A model generated the notes under the pieces. It had not been told where the DNA came from and did no database searches. It was given only the letters and a program-made list of their open reading frames with translations. A stretch of 64,000 nucleotides of DNA from an uncultured Chloroflexia bacterium. Its GTDB lineage: Bacteria; Chloroflexota; Limnocylindria; Limnocylindrales; CSP1-4. Location of the stretch: contig CAVVYR010000008.1 of NCBI GenBank assembly GCA_963752475.1, positions 64,001 to 128,000 on the forward strand, written 5' to 3'. Below, piece by piece: positions 47,460 to 57,951 of the stretch. A program made the translations under genes and the position numbers. Positions within the stretch are counted from its first letter, which is position 1. Each line of letters starts with the position of its first letter.

Positions 47460-48595
47460 ACCGCGACCGCTCCGTGTGCAAGCGCCGCCTGGTACATGAC
47501 CTCGATACGGTCAGGTGAGACGTCCGGCTGGATGTTGTGGGCGGCGCAGAACACGTAGCCACCGCCACGACCCAGCGTCTCGATGCTGTAGTCGACCTCG
47601 CGCCTGATCTCGTCGTGCGTCGCGGTCGGCAGCACCTGCTGCACGTCGATGCCGCCACCCCAGAAGGCCAGCTCGGAGCCGAACTGCTGCTTCATCTGCG
47701 CGATGTCCATCTTGGCCGCGCTGCGCTGGATGGGGTTGAGCGCATCGACGCCGCACTCGATGAGGTCCGGGATCAGATCGAAGACCGAGCCGCACGAGTG
47801 CATGAAGACCTTCGCGTCGGTCTTGGAGTGGATGAAATCGTAGAGCTCCTTGAGGTACGGCTTGACGTCCTTGCGGAACATCTCAGGCGCTGTCCAGGTG
47901 GCCTTCTGCGTGCCCAGGTCGTCTCCCTGGGCCACCACCTGCACGTACGGTTCCACCTGCTGCAGGAAGAGGTCCCACAGCTGGATATCCGTCTGGGTGA
48001 TCTTGTCGAGGATGGCGTGGGCCATGTCACGGTTCCAGTAGAGGTCCATGCAGAACTGCTCATAGCCGCGCATGAAGCAGGCGCCCTCGAACGGACCCAG
48101 GCACATGATGTCGGCCACGACGGCGTAGTCGGTCTCCTCGTACAGCCGCTTCGCGTCCTCGCGCACTCCGGCCACTCGGCCGGGGTCGTACGGATCGGGC
48201 CACTGCACCGAATCGAGGTCGCTGGGTCGCTCCAGATCGGCAAAGGGCCGTTCGACCACGTCGTAGTAGAACGAGGCCTTCTGCCAGGTCAGGTCGTACT
48301 CGTCGACGAAGCGGTCGCCGGGCAACTCCCTGGTCTCGAAGGCCCAGGGGCCCTTGAGGTACACGGCCCGAGCGTCCACGTCGTAGCGCTGGAGCAGGTC
48401 CCCGCGCGGGTAGACGGTGTCCATCTGGCGGTGGGAGATGTCGGGCTCGGGATCGGGCGGCAGGCCCAGGTGCTCGAGCAGGTTCTGATAGGCGATGCGG
48501 GTGGCTGTCGTGACGATGGTCGAACCGAGGTCGATCGGCACCCGATCGGTCTGCTGATGGTTCAGCGCAGCCACGACACGCTCTCGGTGATTCAC
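47456..48595 (-). CDS. Uroporphyrinogen decarboxylase / MtaA-CmuA methyltransferase family protein
   Basis: RERVVAALNHQQTDRVPID, GDDLGTQ, MHSCGS, LNPIQ, FWGGGID, HNIQ. Confidence 0.85.
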   Translation of the reverse strand: MNHRERVVAALNHQQTDRVPIDLGSTIVTTATRIAYQNLLEHLGLPPDPEPDISHRQMDTVYPRGDLLQRYDVDARAVYLKGPWAFETRELPGDRFVDEYDLTWQKASFYYDVVERPFADLERPSDLDSVQWPDPYDPGRVAGVREDAKRLYEETDYAVVADIMCLGPFEGACFMRGYEQFCMDLYWNRDMAHAILDKITQTDIQLWDLFLQQVEPYVQVVAQGDDLGTQKATWTAPEMFRKDVKPYLKELYDFIHSKTDAKVFMHSCGSVFDLIPDLIECGVDALNPIQRSAAKMDIAQMKQQFGSELAFWGGGIDVQQVLPTATHDEIRREVDYSIETLGRGGGYVFCAAHNIQPDVSPDRIEVMYQAALAHGAVAV

Positions 48596-48646
48596 GTCAC
48601 TCCTCCTCGAGTGCTCGCTTTCCCTCTCGACCCGCCCGCGCCGCCG

Positions 48647-49666
48647 TTAGGACGGTGCGGGCGCGGGTTTCGCTTCTGGTGGGCCCGAATCCCCCTTGTC
48701 GACGCGGATGTTGCGACGCTCCAGGCGGGTGATGAGGCGCATGCGCTGGGCGTCCACGAGGACCGCGAAGAAGATGACCGCCGCTGCGACCATGTCCTGC
48801 AGATAGATGTCGATCTGCAGGTAGACCAGGCCGGTATTGATCATCTGCACCAGCAGTACGCCGATGACGGTGCCGGGGAAGACCGCGCCCACGCCACCGA
48901 AGAGGCTGGTACCGCCGAGCACGGCGGCGGCGATGGCCCGGAACTCGGTACCCTCGCCGATACCAGCGCTCACGCTGCCCTGCTGGCTCATGGCGATGAC
49001 GCCGGCCAACGAGGCACAGAAGCCGCTGATGACGTAGACCGAGCCGGTCAGGCGGATGACGTTGAGACCGGCCTTCTTGGCCGCCTCGAGGTCGTTGCCC
49101 ATGGCGTAGATCTGGCGGCCCATGGCCGTGTAGCGCAGGAAGACCACGGCCACCGCCACGACCACGGCGAAGACCCAGATCGGAACCGGGATGCCCAGGA
49201 AGTCCACGTTGGCGTAGTTCATCTCCGGCGGCAGGATGAACTGGCGCGATTCGGTCAGCAGCAGGCCGATGCCACGCCCGACGGTGAGGGTAGCGAGGGT
49301 GGCCACGAATGGCACCAGGCCAACCTTGGCGATGAGGAAGGCGTTGACGAAGCCCCAGGCGGTGCCGGCCACGATGCCGCAGGGGATGGCGATGAAGTGC
49401 GAGACGTCCTGCTGCAGCAGGGTGCCGATGACGGCCGCGGTGATGTACATCGTGGCACCGACCGAGAGGTCGATACCACCAGTCAGCAGCACCACCGTCA
49501 TGCCCACCGCCAGCAGGCCTACGAAGGCCGCCGACTCGGTGATGTTGGAGAGGTTGCCCAGCGACAGGAATCGCTCGTCGAGCACACTCAGCAACACGAA
49601 CACGACGACGAACAAGATCGCCGGGAAGTTGCGCAGGATCGGCATGGTGAAGCGGTTGCTGGTCAT
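48647..49666 (-). CDS. Sugar ABC transporter permease
   Basis: GGIDLSVG, PFVATLA, IAAAVLGGTSLFGG. Confidence 0.92.
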   Translation of the reverse strand: MTSNRFTMPILRNFPAILFVVVFVLLSVLDERFLSLGNLSNITESAAFVGLLAVGMTVVLLTGGIDLSVGATMYITAAVIGTLLQQDVSHFIAIPCGIVAGTAWGFVNAFLIAKVGLVPFVATLATLTVGRGIGLLLTESRQFILPPEMNYANVDFLGIPVPIWVFAVVVAVAVVFLRYTAMGRQIYAMGNDLEAAKKAGLNVIRLTGSVYVISGFCASLAGVIAMSQQGSVSAGIGEGTEFRAIAAAVLGGTSLFGGVGAVFPGTVIGVLLVQMINTGLVYLQIDIYLQDMVAAAVIFFAVLVDAQRMRLITRLERRNIRVDKGDSGPPEAKPAPAPS

Positions 49667-51174
49667 GCCACCTGCTCCCTGAAGGCCGTGCGCAGGATGG
49701 CCTCCTGGTCGAAGTCGGCCCTGTCGAACGCGCCCAGGACCTCACCCTGGCCCATCACCAGGATGCGGTCACACATGCCCGTCAACTCCTCGATCTCCGA
49801 CGAGATGAAGAGCACTGCCGTACCCCTTGCCGCGATCTGGTCGATGATCTCGTAGATCTCGTACTTGGCACCCACGTCGACGCCACGGGTGGGCTCGTCG
49901 ATGATGAGGATGGAAGGCTCGGTCATGAGCCACTTGCCCAGGACCACCTTCTGCTGGTTGCCGCCCGAGAGGCCCTTGGCCTCGTTGCGGAAGGCGTCGT
50001 TGACCTTGATCGAGAGGACCTCGACGGTCTCCTTGACGGCCTTGGCCACCTGGCTCGTTTTGATGCGCTTGACCCAGCGGCTCGTGTACTCGGGCAGGGC
50101 CGCGAGGGACAGGTTGTCGGAGACCATGGCCTCCATCATCAGGCCCTCCTCGCGCCGGTTCTCGGTCACGAAGGCCATCCCGCCGCGGATGTTCGAGCCG
50201 GGGGACAACTGCTTGACGGGCTGGCCGTCGATCAGCACCTCGCCCTCGTCGAAATCCTCCAGGCCGAAGATGATCTGGGCCAGCTCCGAGCGACCCGAGC
50301 CCATGAGGCCGAAGACGCCCAGGACCTCGCCCTTGTGCAGCTGAAGGTCGATCTGGTGGCTGATGCCGGCCTTGGACAGGTTCCGGACCTCCAGCATGAG
50401 GTCCTCGGTCGGCGGAGCCGAGCGCTCGGGATAGAGGTTCTCGATGTCGCGGCCGACCATCGAGCTGATCATGCGGTCGACGGTGAACTCGTCCTTGGGG
50501 CCGTGGGTCACGAGGCTGCCGTCGCGCAGGACGGCGATGGCGTCGGAGATCCGCATGACGTCGCCGAGGATGTGACTGATGTAGATGATCGTCTTGCCGT
50601 CGTCGTGGAGCCGGCCGATGAGCTCGAAGAGTCGCTCGGTCTCACGCGCGGTCAGTGACGTCGTGGGCTCATCGAAGATGATGATGCCCGCGTCCATGGA
50701 GAGCGCCTTGGCCACCTCCACCAGCTGTCGCTCGCCCGGAGTCAGGCGCTCCACGCGCATATCTGGCGAGACCTCGAGATCCACCTGGCCAAGGAACTCG
50801 CGGGCCCGGTTGCTGAGGTCTCGTCGATTGAGCAGGGGCAGGCCGCCAGTGGTCGGGAAGTCGTTGATGAAGAAGTTCTCGGCGATGGTCAGGTTGGTGA
50901 AGAGGTTCAGCTCCTGGTGGATGAAGGCGATGCCGGCCTCGTCGGCGACCTTGGGGTCGTGTGGCCGGTAGGCCTCGCCGTTGAGCAGCATCTGCCCCGA
51001 CGTGGGCGGCACCACCCCGCCGAGGATGTTCATCAGCGTCGACTTGCCGGCCCCGTTCTCGCCCACCAGGCCGACCGTCGTGCCTCGCTCGATGTCCAGG
51101 TCGATGGCCTTGAGCACCGGCACGCCGAAGAACGACTTGTGGATGTCCTTGAACTGCAGGATCAGATCACTCAT
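49663..51174 (-). CDS. Sugar ABC transporter ATP-binding protein (RbsA-like)
   Basis: GENGAGKST, FDEPTTSL, LSGGNQQK, DEPTRGVDVGAK. Confidence 0.95.
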   Translation of the reverse strand: MSDLILQFKDIHKSFFGVPVLKAIDLDIERGTTVGLVGENGAGKSTLMNILGGVVPPTSGQMLLNGEAYRPHDPKVADEAGIAFIHQELNLFTNLTIAENFFINDFPTTGGLPLLNRRDLSNRAREFLGQVDLEVSPDMRVERLTPGERQLVEVAKALSMDAGIIIFDEPTTSLTARETERLFELIGRLHDDGKTIIYISHILGDVMRISDAIAVLRDGSLVTHGPKDEFTVDRMISSMVGRDIENLYPERSAPPTEDLMLEVRNLSKAGISHQIDLQLHKGEVLGVFGLMGSGRSELAQIIFGLEDFDEGEVLIDGQPVKQLSPGSNIRGGMAFVTENRREEGLMMEAMVSDNLSLAALPEYTSRWVKRIKTSQVAKAVKETVEVLSIKVNDAFRNEAKGLSGGNQQKVVLGKWLMTEPSILIIDEPTRGVDVGAKYEIYEIIDQIAARGTAVLFISSEIEELTGMCDRILVMGQGEVLGAFDRADFDQEAILRTAFREQVA

Positions 51175-51183
51175 GGTCGCCCC

Positions 51184-52278
51184 CTACACCTGCTGCAGCG
51201 CAAGGCGCCGGCGCACGACATCGAGCAGTGCAGCCAGCAGGATGACCGAGCCCTTGACGATGCCGATGTAGAAGTACGGCACGTTGAGCAGAGATAGCGC
51301 GTTGTTCAGCAAGATCAGGAAGACGACGCCGAAGAAGGTCCACATGATCTTGCCGCGACCACCGGCCAGGCTGGTGCCGCCGATGACGACCGCGGCGATG
51401 ATGTCGAGCAACAGCGTCTCGCCCATGGTCGGGCGGCCCTGCTCGACCCGGGCCGTGTAGATGACCGAGGCCGCAGCCGCGCAGAAGCTGCTGAACATGT
51501 AAGTGGCGACGATCACCTTCTTGACCGGCACGCCCGAGACGACGGCCGCACGCGGGTTGTTGCCGATGCCGTAGAGCCAGCGTCCGAATAACCCGCGGCT
51601 CAGCACGTAGTGCGCCACGACGGCGATGCTGATGGCGATGACCATGGCGATCGAGAAGAACGTGAAATCGTCGTTGAAGAACGCGAACTCCTCGCCGATG
51701 GCGCTGAAGGCGTCGGGCAGGTCGATGATGTTCTCGCTCTTGGTCAGGTAGATCGCGAGCGCGGCCACGAACATCGAGGTCACCAACGTGACCATGAACG
51801 GTGGGATCCGCGCGAAGGCGACGGCACTGCCGTTGAAGGCGCCGATGAGCAGGCCCACCAGGAGCATGGCGATGATGGCCACGGGGATGCCGATGACGGT
51901 ATCGCTGAGGATGGCTCCGTCCTCGAAGAGCATGGTCCCGAGGAGCGGGCTGCGCCTGAAGACGATGGGGTTCGCGGACTCCGCGATGAAGGCCGCGCCG
52001 ACGACGCTGGTCAGCGAGACGACCGCACCCTGCGAGAGGTCGATGCCGGCGATGATGAGCACGAAGGTCTGCCCTACCGCCAGCACCAGCAGCGGCCACA
52101 TATTGGAGAGCAGGTTGCCGATGTTGTAGGGCGTGGCCACGGTCGGTGAGACCAGGTACAGCCCGACGAACATGGCGATGCAGAGATAGAGGATCAGGAA
52201 CTCCGACATCAGGACGCGCTTGCTGAACGCGACAGCGCGATCGAGTGCGGAGTCCTGTGTCGGTGCTGCGGCCGTCAT
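51184..52278 (-). CDS. Sugar ABC transporter permease
   Basis: AGIDLS, PPFMVTL, IAAVVIGGTSLAGGRG. Confidence 0.92.
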   Translation of the reverse strand: MTAAAPTQDSALDRAVAFSKRVLMSEFLILYLCIAMFVGLYLVSPTVATPYNIGNLLSNMWPLLVLAVGQTFVLIIAGIDLSQGAVVSLTSVVGAAFIAESANPIVFRRSPLLGTMLFEDGAILSDTVIGIPVAIIAMLLVGLLIGAFNGSAVAFARIPPFMVTLVTSMFVAALAIYLTKSENIIDLPDAFSAIGEEFAFFNDDFTFFSIAMVIAISIAVVAHYVLSRGLFGRWLYGIGNNPRAAVVSGVPVKKVIVATYMFSSFCAAAASVIYTARVEQGRPTMGETLLLDIIAAVVIGGTSLAGGRGKIMWTFFGVVFLILLNNALSLLNVPYFYIGIVKGSVILLAALLDVVRRRLALQQV

Positions 52279-52343
52279 CCGTCGCGGCCTCTGCCGGTGG
52301 TCATCGCCTGGCTCATCGCGTCCTGTGTGAGGTGGTGGAAGTG

Positions 52344-52400
52344 GCGGGCCCCGTCAAGCGAGGCCCGCGGCGCGGAGGAGCGGATCGGCTCCGCCCCTCC
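52344..52400 (-). terminator. Tandem GC-rich hairpins after the binding-protein gene (mRNA stabiliser or attenuator)
   Basis: gcgggcc..ggcccgc and ggagg-agcgga..tccgcc-cctcc stems between SBP and permease; no U-tract. Confidence 0.4.
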
Positions 52401-52414
52401 CCGTCATGGATCGA

Positions 52415-53428
52415 CTACGGGTTGTAGTCGGGATCGGCCAGCAGGATGCAGCCCCACATGTCCATCTCACGCTCGGCCAGGTTTCCGGCCGTAAGCGCGA
52501 AGCCCGGATCGGGGATCCACTCGTCAGGCTGCGTGTTGCCTTCCTCGATGGCCTTGAGGAGCGCGTCGAGCATGACCTCGGCCTCGAAGTACAGGTTCTG
52601 CACGCCGGTGCTGTCGACGTAGCCTTCCTTGATCTGGCGGCAGGCGTTGACGTCGCCGTCGAGGCCGGCCATCAGCACGTGGTTGGGATCGTCACGCGTG
52701 ACCCACTTGCCCAACTTCTCGAACTCGGTCGCGATGGTGGGGAAGAGGAAGTCGGACGAAGTGAACAGGAAGTCCACGTCGGGGTTGGCAGCCAACGCGG
52801 CCTGCAGGCCGGCCTGGGCGGTGGCGGCGTCCCAGTTGGTGGCGACCTCGATGGGCTCGCCGAAGAACTCGGGGTCGGAGTCGACGACGTCGTAGAAGCC
52901 CTGGTAGCGCCCGACGGCGTTGGGGTCTCCGAGGTCACCGACCATGATGAGCGGCGTCACGGACTCCTTGCCCATCTCCATGGCGACCTCGTAGATGTAC
53001 TGCACGGCGTCGCGGGCGATGGTCTGGTTGTCCGCCTGGACCACGATGGCGTTGCCATCTTCGCTCTGCGGCGGGCGGTTGAAGATGCCGATGGGGATGT
53101 CGGCCGCGTTGGCCTCTTCGATCAGCGTGAGGGCGATCGAGCCATCCTTGGGGATGACGAAGATGCCGTCCACGCCCTGGGCGATGCAGTCACGCTGCAG
53201 CTCGAGCTGCACGTTGGCATCGGGGCTGTACTTCGTGATGACGTTGTGGCCCTGGTCCGCAAGCGTCTCGGTCATGGCCCTGTGACCGGCCAGCCAGAAC
53301 TCGGTCTCGAGGTCCTCGTGGATGAAGCAGATGTCGAGCGCCTCGCTGTCCTGGGCCACGACGGGCACCGCGGACAGGGCGAGCGTTGCGACGGCGGCGA
53401 GCCCGATGGCTCCCTTGAGATTGCGCAT
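52415..53428 (-). CDS. Sugar ABC substrate-binding protein (Peripla_BP_4)
   Basis: Signal peptide; QGVDGIFVIP, IPIGIFNR, VQADN, RYQGF, AGLDG. Confidence 0.9.
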   Translation of the reverse strand: MRNLKGAIGLAAVATLALSAVPVVAQDSEALDICFIHEDLETEFWLAGHRAMTETLADQGHNVITKYSPDANVQLELQRDCIAQGVDGIFVIPKDGSIALTLIEEANAADIPIGIFNRPPQSEDGNAIVVQADNQTIARDAVQYIYEVAMEMGKESVTPLIMVGDLGDPNAVGRYQGFYDVVDSDPEFFGEPIEVATNWDAATAQAGLQAALAANPDVDFLFTSSDFLFPTIATEFEKLGKWVTRDDPNHVLMAGLDGDVNACRQIKEGYVDSTGVQNLYFEAEVMLDALLKAIEEGNTQPDEWIPDPGFALTAGNLAEREMDMWGCILLADPDYNP

Positions 53429-53505
53429 TCCTGATGTCTCCTCCAGATCAGTGATGTAGACGTCTACTGACTCTCCCTTTGCGCCTTCAGCACCTCCTGT
53501 CTTCG

Positions 53506-54918
53506 CTACTCATGTCGGAAGACCTCCCAGTCGAGGTAGTTCTCGAGCGCCTCGGCCACGGCGTCCGCGGTGTGCGCGGGGCTCATGGCGCAGTGGTGCT
53601 CGAACCCGACCTTGCAGATGAGCTTCAGCAGCGGCTGGAAGTTGGGGATCTCCACGACCGCCCGAGAACCGAAGGTGTCGAGCGGATCGTCGAGGAACTG
53701 GCCCTCAGCCACATATGCCTTGCACTTGCCGTTGATGTCATCGGTGCTGATGCGCGCGATGGTCAGTGGCGCTGCCGGTGCGCGGCCGTTGATCGCGCCG
53801 TAGACGTTGTCGTTGCCGAGCGTGGTGCCCAGCACGTCCGCGATCTGGATCTCAGCCTCGCCTTCGGGGTAGAAGTTGAGCGGCCAGTTGCCGCAGTGGA
53901 AGAGGACACACTTGTCAGGGTCCTCGCCATAGTTGTTGTTGAGATCGACGATGGCGGCCGGCTGCTCGGCAGCCAGCTGCAACGCATACATCGAGGCCAG
54001 CCCGGTGATGTCCGTCTCGCAGGCCGACGGCATGAGCTTGTTGCTCATGATGCTCATGAGCGTGCACACGTTGACGCCGTAGTTCTCCTGCAGGCTGGAC
54101 CAGCACTGCATGGCCGTGGCGTTGAGGTCGTTGTCCGCCATCCAGTCGTCCACGACCACACCCAGCTTGGCCATCTTCACGAGCTTCTCCGGCGGCACCG
54201 TGGGATGAGGCATGTGAGCCCGGATCTCGTCCAGCTTGACCTTGGTCTTGGCATCGTCGTCAGAGAGGCGGTTGGCGTTGCCGAAGACCTCACTGAAGTC
54301 GATGACGCTGACGGCGATGCCGCTGGCTTCGAGCAGCTTCTCGCTATAGCGCACGGTCTTGAAGGCATCAGGCCGGGTGCCGATGGCGCCCAGGCGCGCG
54401 TGCTTCATGCCGTTGGCGACCTTGCACACGCGGACGAACTTGTCGAGATCGGCGCGGAAGGCGTCGGACTGCACCGGCACCGTGTGGTTCTCGGTGAGCG
54501 AGTAGTTGAAGCCGTACTGACGCAGGTCGCTGGAGACGGAGATCTTGCCGCAGAAGGCGTCACGGCGGCGGTCGAGCGTGAAGGCCGTGACGTCGTCGGG
54601 GTAGGCCTGCAGCAGGATGGGCACATCCAGGCCGGACAGGCGCATCGTGTCCGCTACTCCCTTCTCGTCGCCGAAGTTCGGCAACACGACCAGGACGCCC
54701 TCGATGTCCTTGCGTCGCTGATCGAAGAGGTCAGCACAGATCTGCGCCTCCCGCCAGGTCTCCACGCCACCGAGCTTGGTGGCCTGGGCATCGAGGATGA
54801 CTGCCTCGAGATCCATCTCCCCGAACAGGGAGAGCACGTCTGCGCGGGCTTCGGTGACAAGGGCGTCGGGGAAGAAGTCGCGGTTTCCGACGATGACTCC
54901 CAGTGTGGCTCGTGCCAT
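53506..54918 (-). CDS. L-fucose/L-arabinose isomerase family protein
   Basis: LPNFGDEK, RRDAFCGK, QCW, SACETD, LFHCG, FEHH. Confidence 0.88.
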   Translation of the reverse strand: MARATLGVIVGNRDFFPDALVTEARADVLSLFGEMDLEAVILDAQATKLGGVETWREAQICADLFDQRRKDIEGVLVVLPNFGDEKGVADTMRLSGLDVPILLQAYPDDVTAFTLDRRRDAFCGKISVSSDLRQYGFNYSLTENHTVPVQSDAFRADLDKFVRVCKVANGMKHARLGAIGTRPDAFKTVRYSEKLLEASGIAVSVIDFSEVFGNANRLSDDDAKTKVKLDEIRAHMPHPTVPPEKLVKMAKLGVVVDDWMADNDLNATAMQCWSSLQENYGVNVCTLMSIMSNKLMPSACETDITGLASMYALQLAAEQPAAIVDLNNNYGEDPDKCVLFHCGNWPLNFYPEGEAEIQIADVLGTTLGNDNVYGAINGRAPAAPLTIARISTDDINGKCKAYVAEGQFLDDPLDTFGSRAVVEIPNFQPLLKLICKVGFEHHCAMSPAHTADAVAEALENYLDWEVFRHE

Positions 54919-54942
54919 GTCCTTCTCCTCCTTGACTCTCTG

Positions 54943-56289
54943 TCAGTCGGTTGCCAGCTGGTCGATGGCAGACAGCAACTCAGGCTCGGCGATCGATCCG
55001 TCCGACCACTGGTCCTGCAGTTGCCGCAGGCTGTACACGGTGGACGGCCTGATCTCGACGTCGGTGGTGGTGATGGGCGTGTCCATGGTCACCGGACGGA
55101 TCACCTTTGCGCCGTTCGCGAGGCCGATGGGCAGCAGTCCCTCGTCACGTGCGGTCTGGTACGTGTCGATCAGGCTGTAGTAGGCGGTGCCACCGATGGC
55201 GTCGAGCGTGTCTCCAGGGACCAGGTCGCGCTTGGCGACGGCGAAGACCTCCGAGGCCAGTCGGTCCAGCGGGACCATGTTCGACTGGCGACGGATGGCC
55301 AGCATCGCGCAGGTCAACGGGACTTCGATGCTGCACAGGTGGAAGGGGCGGAAGAGCGTGTAGTAGGGCCCGTCGCCCATGTCGCGCAGGACCATCGCCT
55401 CACGCAGGCGCGGGTGATCGGTGTGCACGATGAGGAAGACGCCAGGGGCGACCGCCCCGATGCCGTAGTCGACGACGCCCATCTGACCCAGCACGCCGCC
55501 ATCCTCGGTCAGGCGGAAGACCTCGTGGAGGTGGTCGCGGTCGGTCTCCGGGCCGTGCATGCCGCGGATGTCGGGGATCAGGCCGGTGGCGTTCGACACC
55601 GCGGCCATCTCGATCATCGTCTTGGAGCCGTCCACGAACTCGACCAGCATGTTGGGCGAGAGTCCACGTCGGGCGGCCTCGGCCTGGACCGCCGGGTCGG
55701 CCGGCGTGGAGTGGCGGTCGAGCGGGTTGTTCTTGCCCTTGCCTGCGGCCACGATGGTGAAGCCCATCGACTGGGCCAGGTCATAGAGCTCCATGCAGGC
55801 GGCCGGCTCGTCACCCGCGGCGAGCGCGTAGAGCACGCCCTTCTGCACCGCGTACCAGTGCAGCAGTGGGCCTACGGTGATGTCGGTCTCGACGTTCATC
55901 ATGGCCAGGTCCTGGCCGCTCCGCGCCGAGAGCAGGGCGGCGCGGGTGCCCACCTCGGGCACGCCGGTCGACTCGAGCATGACGTCGATCGAGCGCATGG
56001 CCGTGACCACGCGGTAGTCGGGCACGGCCACGTACTTGCCGGCCTCGACCGCGGCGTCGGCCTCTGCCGCGGTCTCGGCGGTCACGACCTCACCCTCGAC
56101 CTGGCCGATACGGTAGGCGTCACGCGCCCGTTCGATGTCAAGGTCCGCGGTGACGACCACGCGCAAGCCCTGCATCTCCTGGGCCGTGGCCACGACGTCA
56201 GTGCCCATCTGGCCGGCACCCACGAGCCCGACGCGGACGGGTCTGCCCTCTGCCTCACGCTGCTGCAGCTCTGCGTTCAGTCCGATCAT
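54943..56289 (-). CDS. NAD(P)-dependent oxidoreductase with C-terminal SAF domain (COG4091-like), copy 1
   Basis: VGAGQMG, MNVETDITVG, AGDEP, GKGKNN, DGSKTMIEM, RPFHL, AKRDL. Confidence 0.85.
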   Translation of the reverse strand: MIGLNAELQQREAEGRPVRVGLVGAGQMGTDVVATAQEMQGLRVVVTADLDIERARDAYRIGQVEGEVVTAETAAEADAAVEAGKYVAVPDYRVVTAMRSIDVMLESTGVPEVGTRAALLSARSGQDLAMMNVETDITVGPLLHWYAVQKGVLYALAAGDEPAACMELYDLAQSMGFTIVAAGKGKNNPLDRHSTPADPAVQAEAARRGLSPNMLVEFVDGSKTMIEMAAVSNATGLIPDIRGMHGPETDRDHLHEVFRLTEDGGVLGQMGVVDYGIGAVAPGVFLIVHTDHPRLREAMVLRDMGDGPYYTLFRPFHLCSIEVPLTCAMLAIRRQSNMVPLDRLASEVFAVAKRDLVPGDTLDAIGGTAYYSLIDTYQTARDEGLLPIGLANGAKVIRPVTMDTPITTTDVEIRPSTVYSLRQLQDQWSDGSIAEPELLSAIDQLATD

Positions 56290-56290
56290 G

Positions 56291-57346
56291 TCAGGCCAGT
56301 CCTTCCTGTCCGATCTCGACCATGACCTTGAGCGCCTCCCCTGCCGCGACCGTGCGGAAGACCTGCTCGGCCTGGTCGAGGGGGAAGCTGTGGGTGATGA
56401 TCGCGTCGGGGTCGATCTGGCCCCGCTCCAGCAGCTGCAACGCTTGTCGGTGGTAGTCGGGGTGGTAGCTGAAGGAGCCGATGACGCGGATCTCGTCGTA
56501 GTGGATCCGATTGGCGTGGAGCTCGGTCATGGGCGCGGCCTTGGGCAGGCCACCGAAGAGGACCACAGCGCCCTTCTTGCGCACCGCGTCGACGGCCTGC
56601 TGATGGGTCGCGGCGACGGGGTTGGCACAGATGGCGCTGTCCGCCCCAAGCCCGCCGGTGAACGCCTTGGTCTCCGCCACCACGTCCTGGCTGAACGGGT
56701 CCAGCACGAGATCGGGCTTGAACGGCGCGGCCATCTCGCGGCGCAGCTCGTTAGGTTCGCTAAGGATGACGCGCGCACCCCGGAGGTGAGCGATGGCGGT
56801 ATGCAGGCAACCGATGGGTCCGGCACCCATGACCAGCACGGTGTCGCCCAGCTTGGTGCCGATGTCCTGGTGGCAGGCCTGGACGGAGCTGAGCGGCTCG
56901 CCCAGCGCGCCCTGTGCCCAGCTCAGCGAAGCGGGCATCTTGTGGATGGTGCCGCCCGCGAGCGCGTGCGCCGGTAGCAGGCAGTACTCGGCCAGCCCGC
57001 CCATGAAGCCGGGCGTGATGCCGATCATGGTCATGTCGTCGCAGAGGTTGTAGAGCCCCACGCTGCAGTACCAGCACTTCAGGCAGTGAACGTCTGGCGC
57101 TACGGCAAGGTGATCGCCCACGGCGTAGTCGGTGACCTGGGCGCCGACCTCCGCGACCTCACCGGCGAACTCGTGGCCGGGGACGGTGATGCCGCCTCCC
57201 ACGGGGCCTTCCTTGTAGCGGCGCAGGTCGGAACCACAGACGCCACAGGCACGCACGCGCAGCAGCACGCCGTCCTCGGGGGGTTCCGGGACGGGCACGT
57301 CGACCAGCTCGATGGTCTCGGGGCCGGTCAGCTGAGCGGCTTTCAC
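56291..57346 (-). CDS. Zn-dependent polyol dehydrogenase (sorbitol/iditol DH-like)
   Basis: CGVCGSD, GHEFAG, CLKCWYC..C, GAGPIG. Confidence 0.9.
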   Translation of the reverse strand: MKAAQLTGPETIELVDVPVPEPPEDGVLLRVRACGVCGSDLRRYKEGPVGGGITVPGHEFAGEVAEVGAQVTDYAVGDHLAVAPDVHCLKCWYCSVGLYNLCDDMTMIGITPGFMGGLAEYCLLPAHALAGGTIHKMPASLSWAQGALGEPLSSVQACHQDIGTKLGDTVLVMGAGPIGCLHTAIAHLRGARVILSEPNELRREMAAPFKPDLVLDPFSQDVVAETKAFTGGLGADSAICANPVAATHQQAVDAVRKKGAVVLFGGLPKAAPMTELHANRIHYDEIRVIGSFSYHPDYHRQALQLLERGQIDPDAIITHSFPLDQAEQVFRTVAAGEALKVMVEIGQEGLA

Positions 57347-57951
57347 TTGGCGTCGTTCTCCTTGATCTTGTGGCCGACGGCACCGCCGGGATGGGTCTCA
57401 CCGAAGTCGTCGATGGTGTAGCCGCGGACCTCGAGGAGCGCCACGCAGATGGCGTCACAGAGCGCGGAGTTGAAGAGCGAGCTGCCGGTGGCGACCATGC
57501 CGAAGGGATCGACGCCCTCGGGTGCGGTCACGTGCAGCACGACGTCGGCCAACTGACCCAGGCTGGACCCGGGCTGCTCCGTGATGGCCACGACCATGGC
57601 GCCGCGCTTCCTGGCGATGCCGGCGAGGAAGATGACCTCTGTCGTCTCGCCACCCTTCGACAGGCCGACCCAGACATCGCCCTCGGCCACGGCACCGGCC
57701 GCGCCGTGCTGGCTGTCACCGGGGTGCAGGAAGAGCGCAGGGGTGCCGACGCAGGAGAGCAGGTGGGCGAAGCGCAACGCCACCGCGTGCGAGGTGCCCG
57801 AGCCGGAAACGAGGACCTTACCCTCGCACTCGAGCATGGCCTGCACGACGGCCTCGAAGCTATCGTCGAGCTGCTCGGCGACCGAGGCCACGGCCGCGCT
57901 CTCGCGCTCGATGACCTCGACACCCAATCGGCGGATCGCAGCGGCGTCCAT
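57343..57951 (-). CDS. SIS-domain sugar-phosphate isomerase (KdsD/GutQ-like, no CBS)
   Basis: VSGSGTS, GTPALFLHPGD..HG, SKGGET, HPGGAVG. Confidence 0.85.
   Translation of the reverse strand: MDAAAIRRLGVEVIERESAAVASVAEQLDDSFEAVVQAMLECEGKVLVSGSGTSHAVALRFAHLLSCVGTPALFLHPGDSQHGAAGAVAEGDVWVGLSKGGETTEVIFLAGIARKRGAMVVAITEQPGSSLGQLADVVLHVTAPEGVDPFGMVATGSSLFNSALCDAICVALLEVRGYTIDDFGETHPGGAVGHKIKENDAK

Noticed and set aside
47537-49855. Long opposite-strand ORFs (772 aa here; also 948 aa at 53479-56325)
   Set aside because: Antisense shadows of well-supported genes, expected in high-GC DNA; no domain motifs
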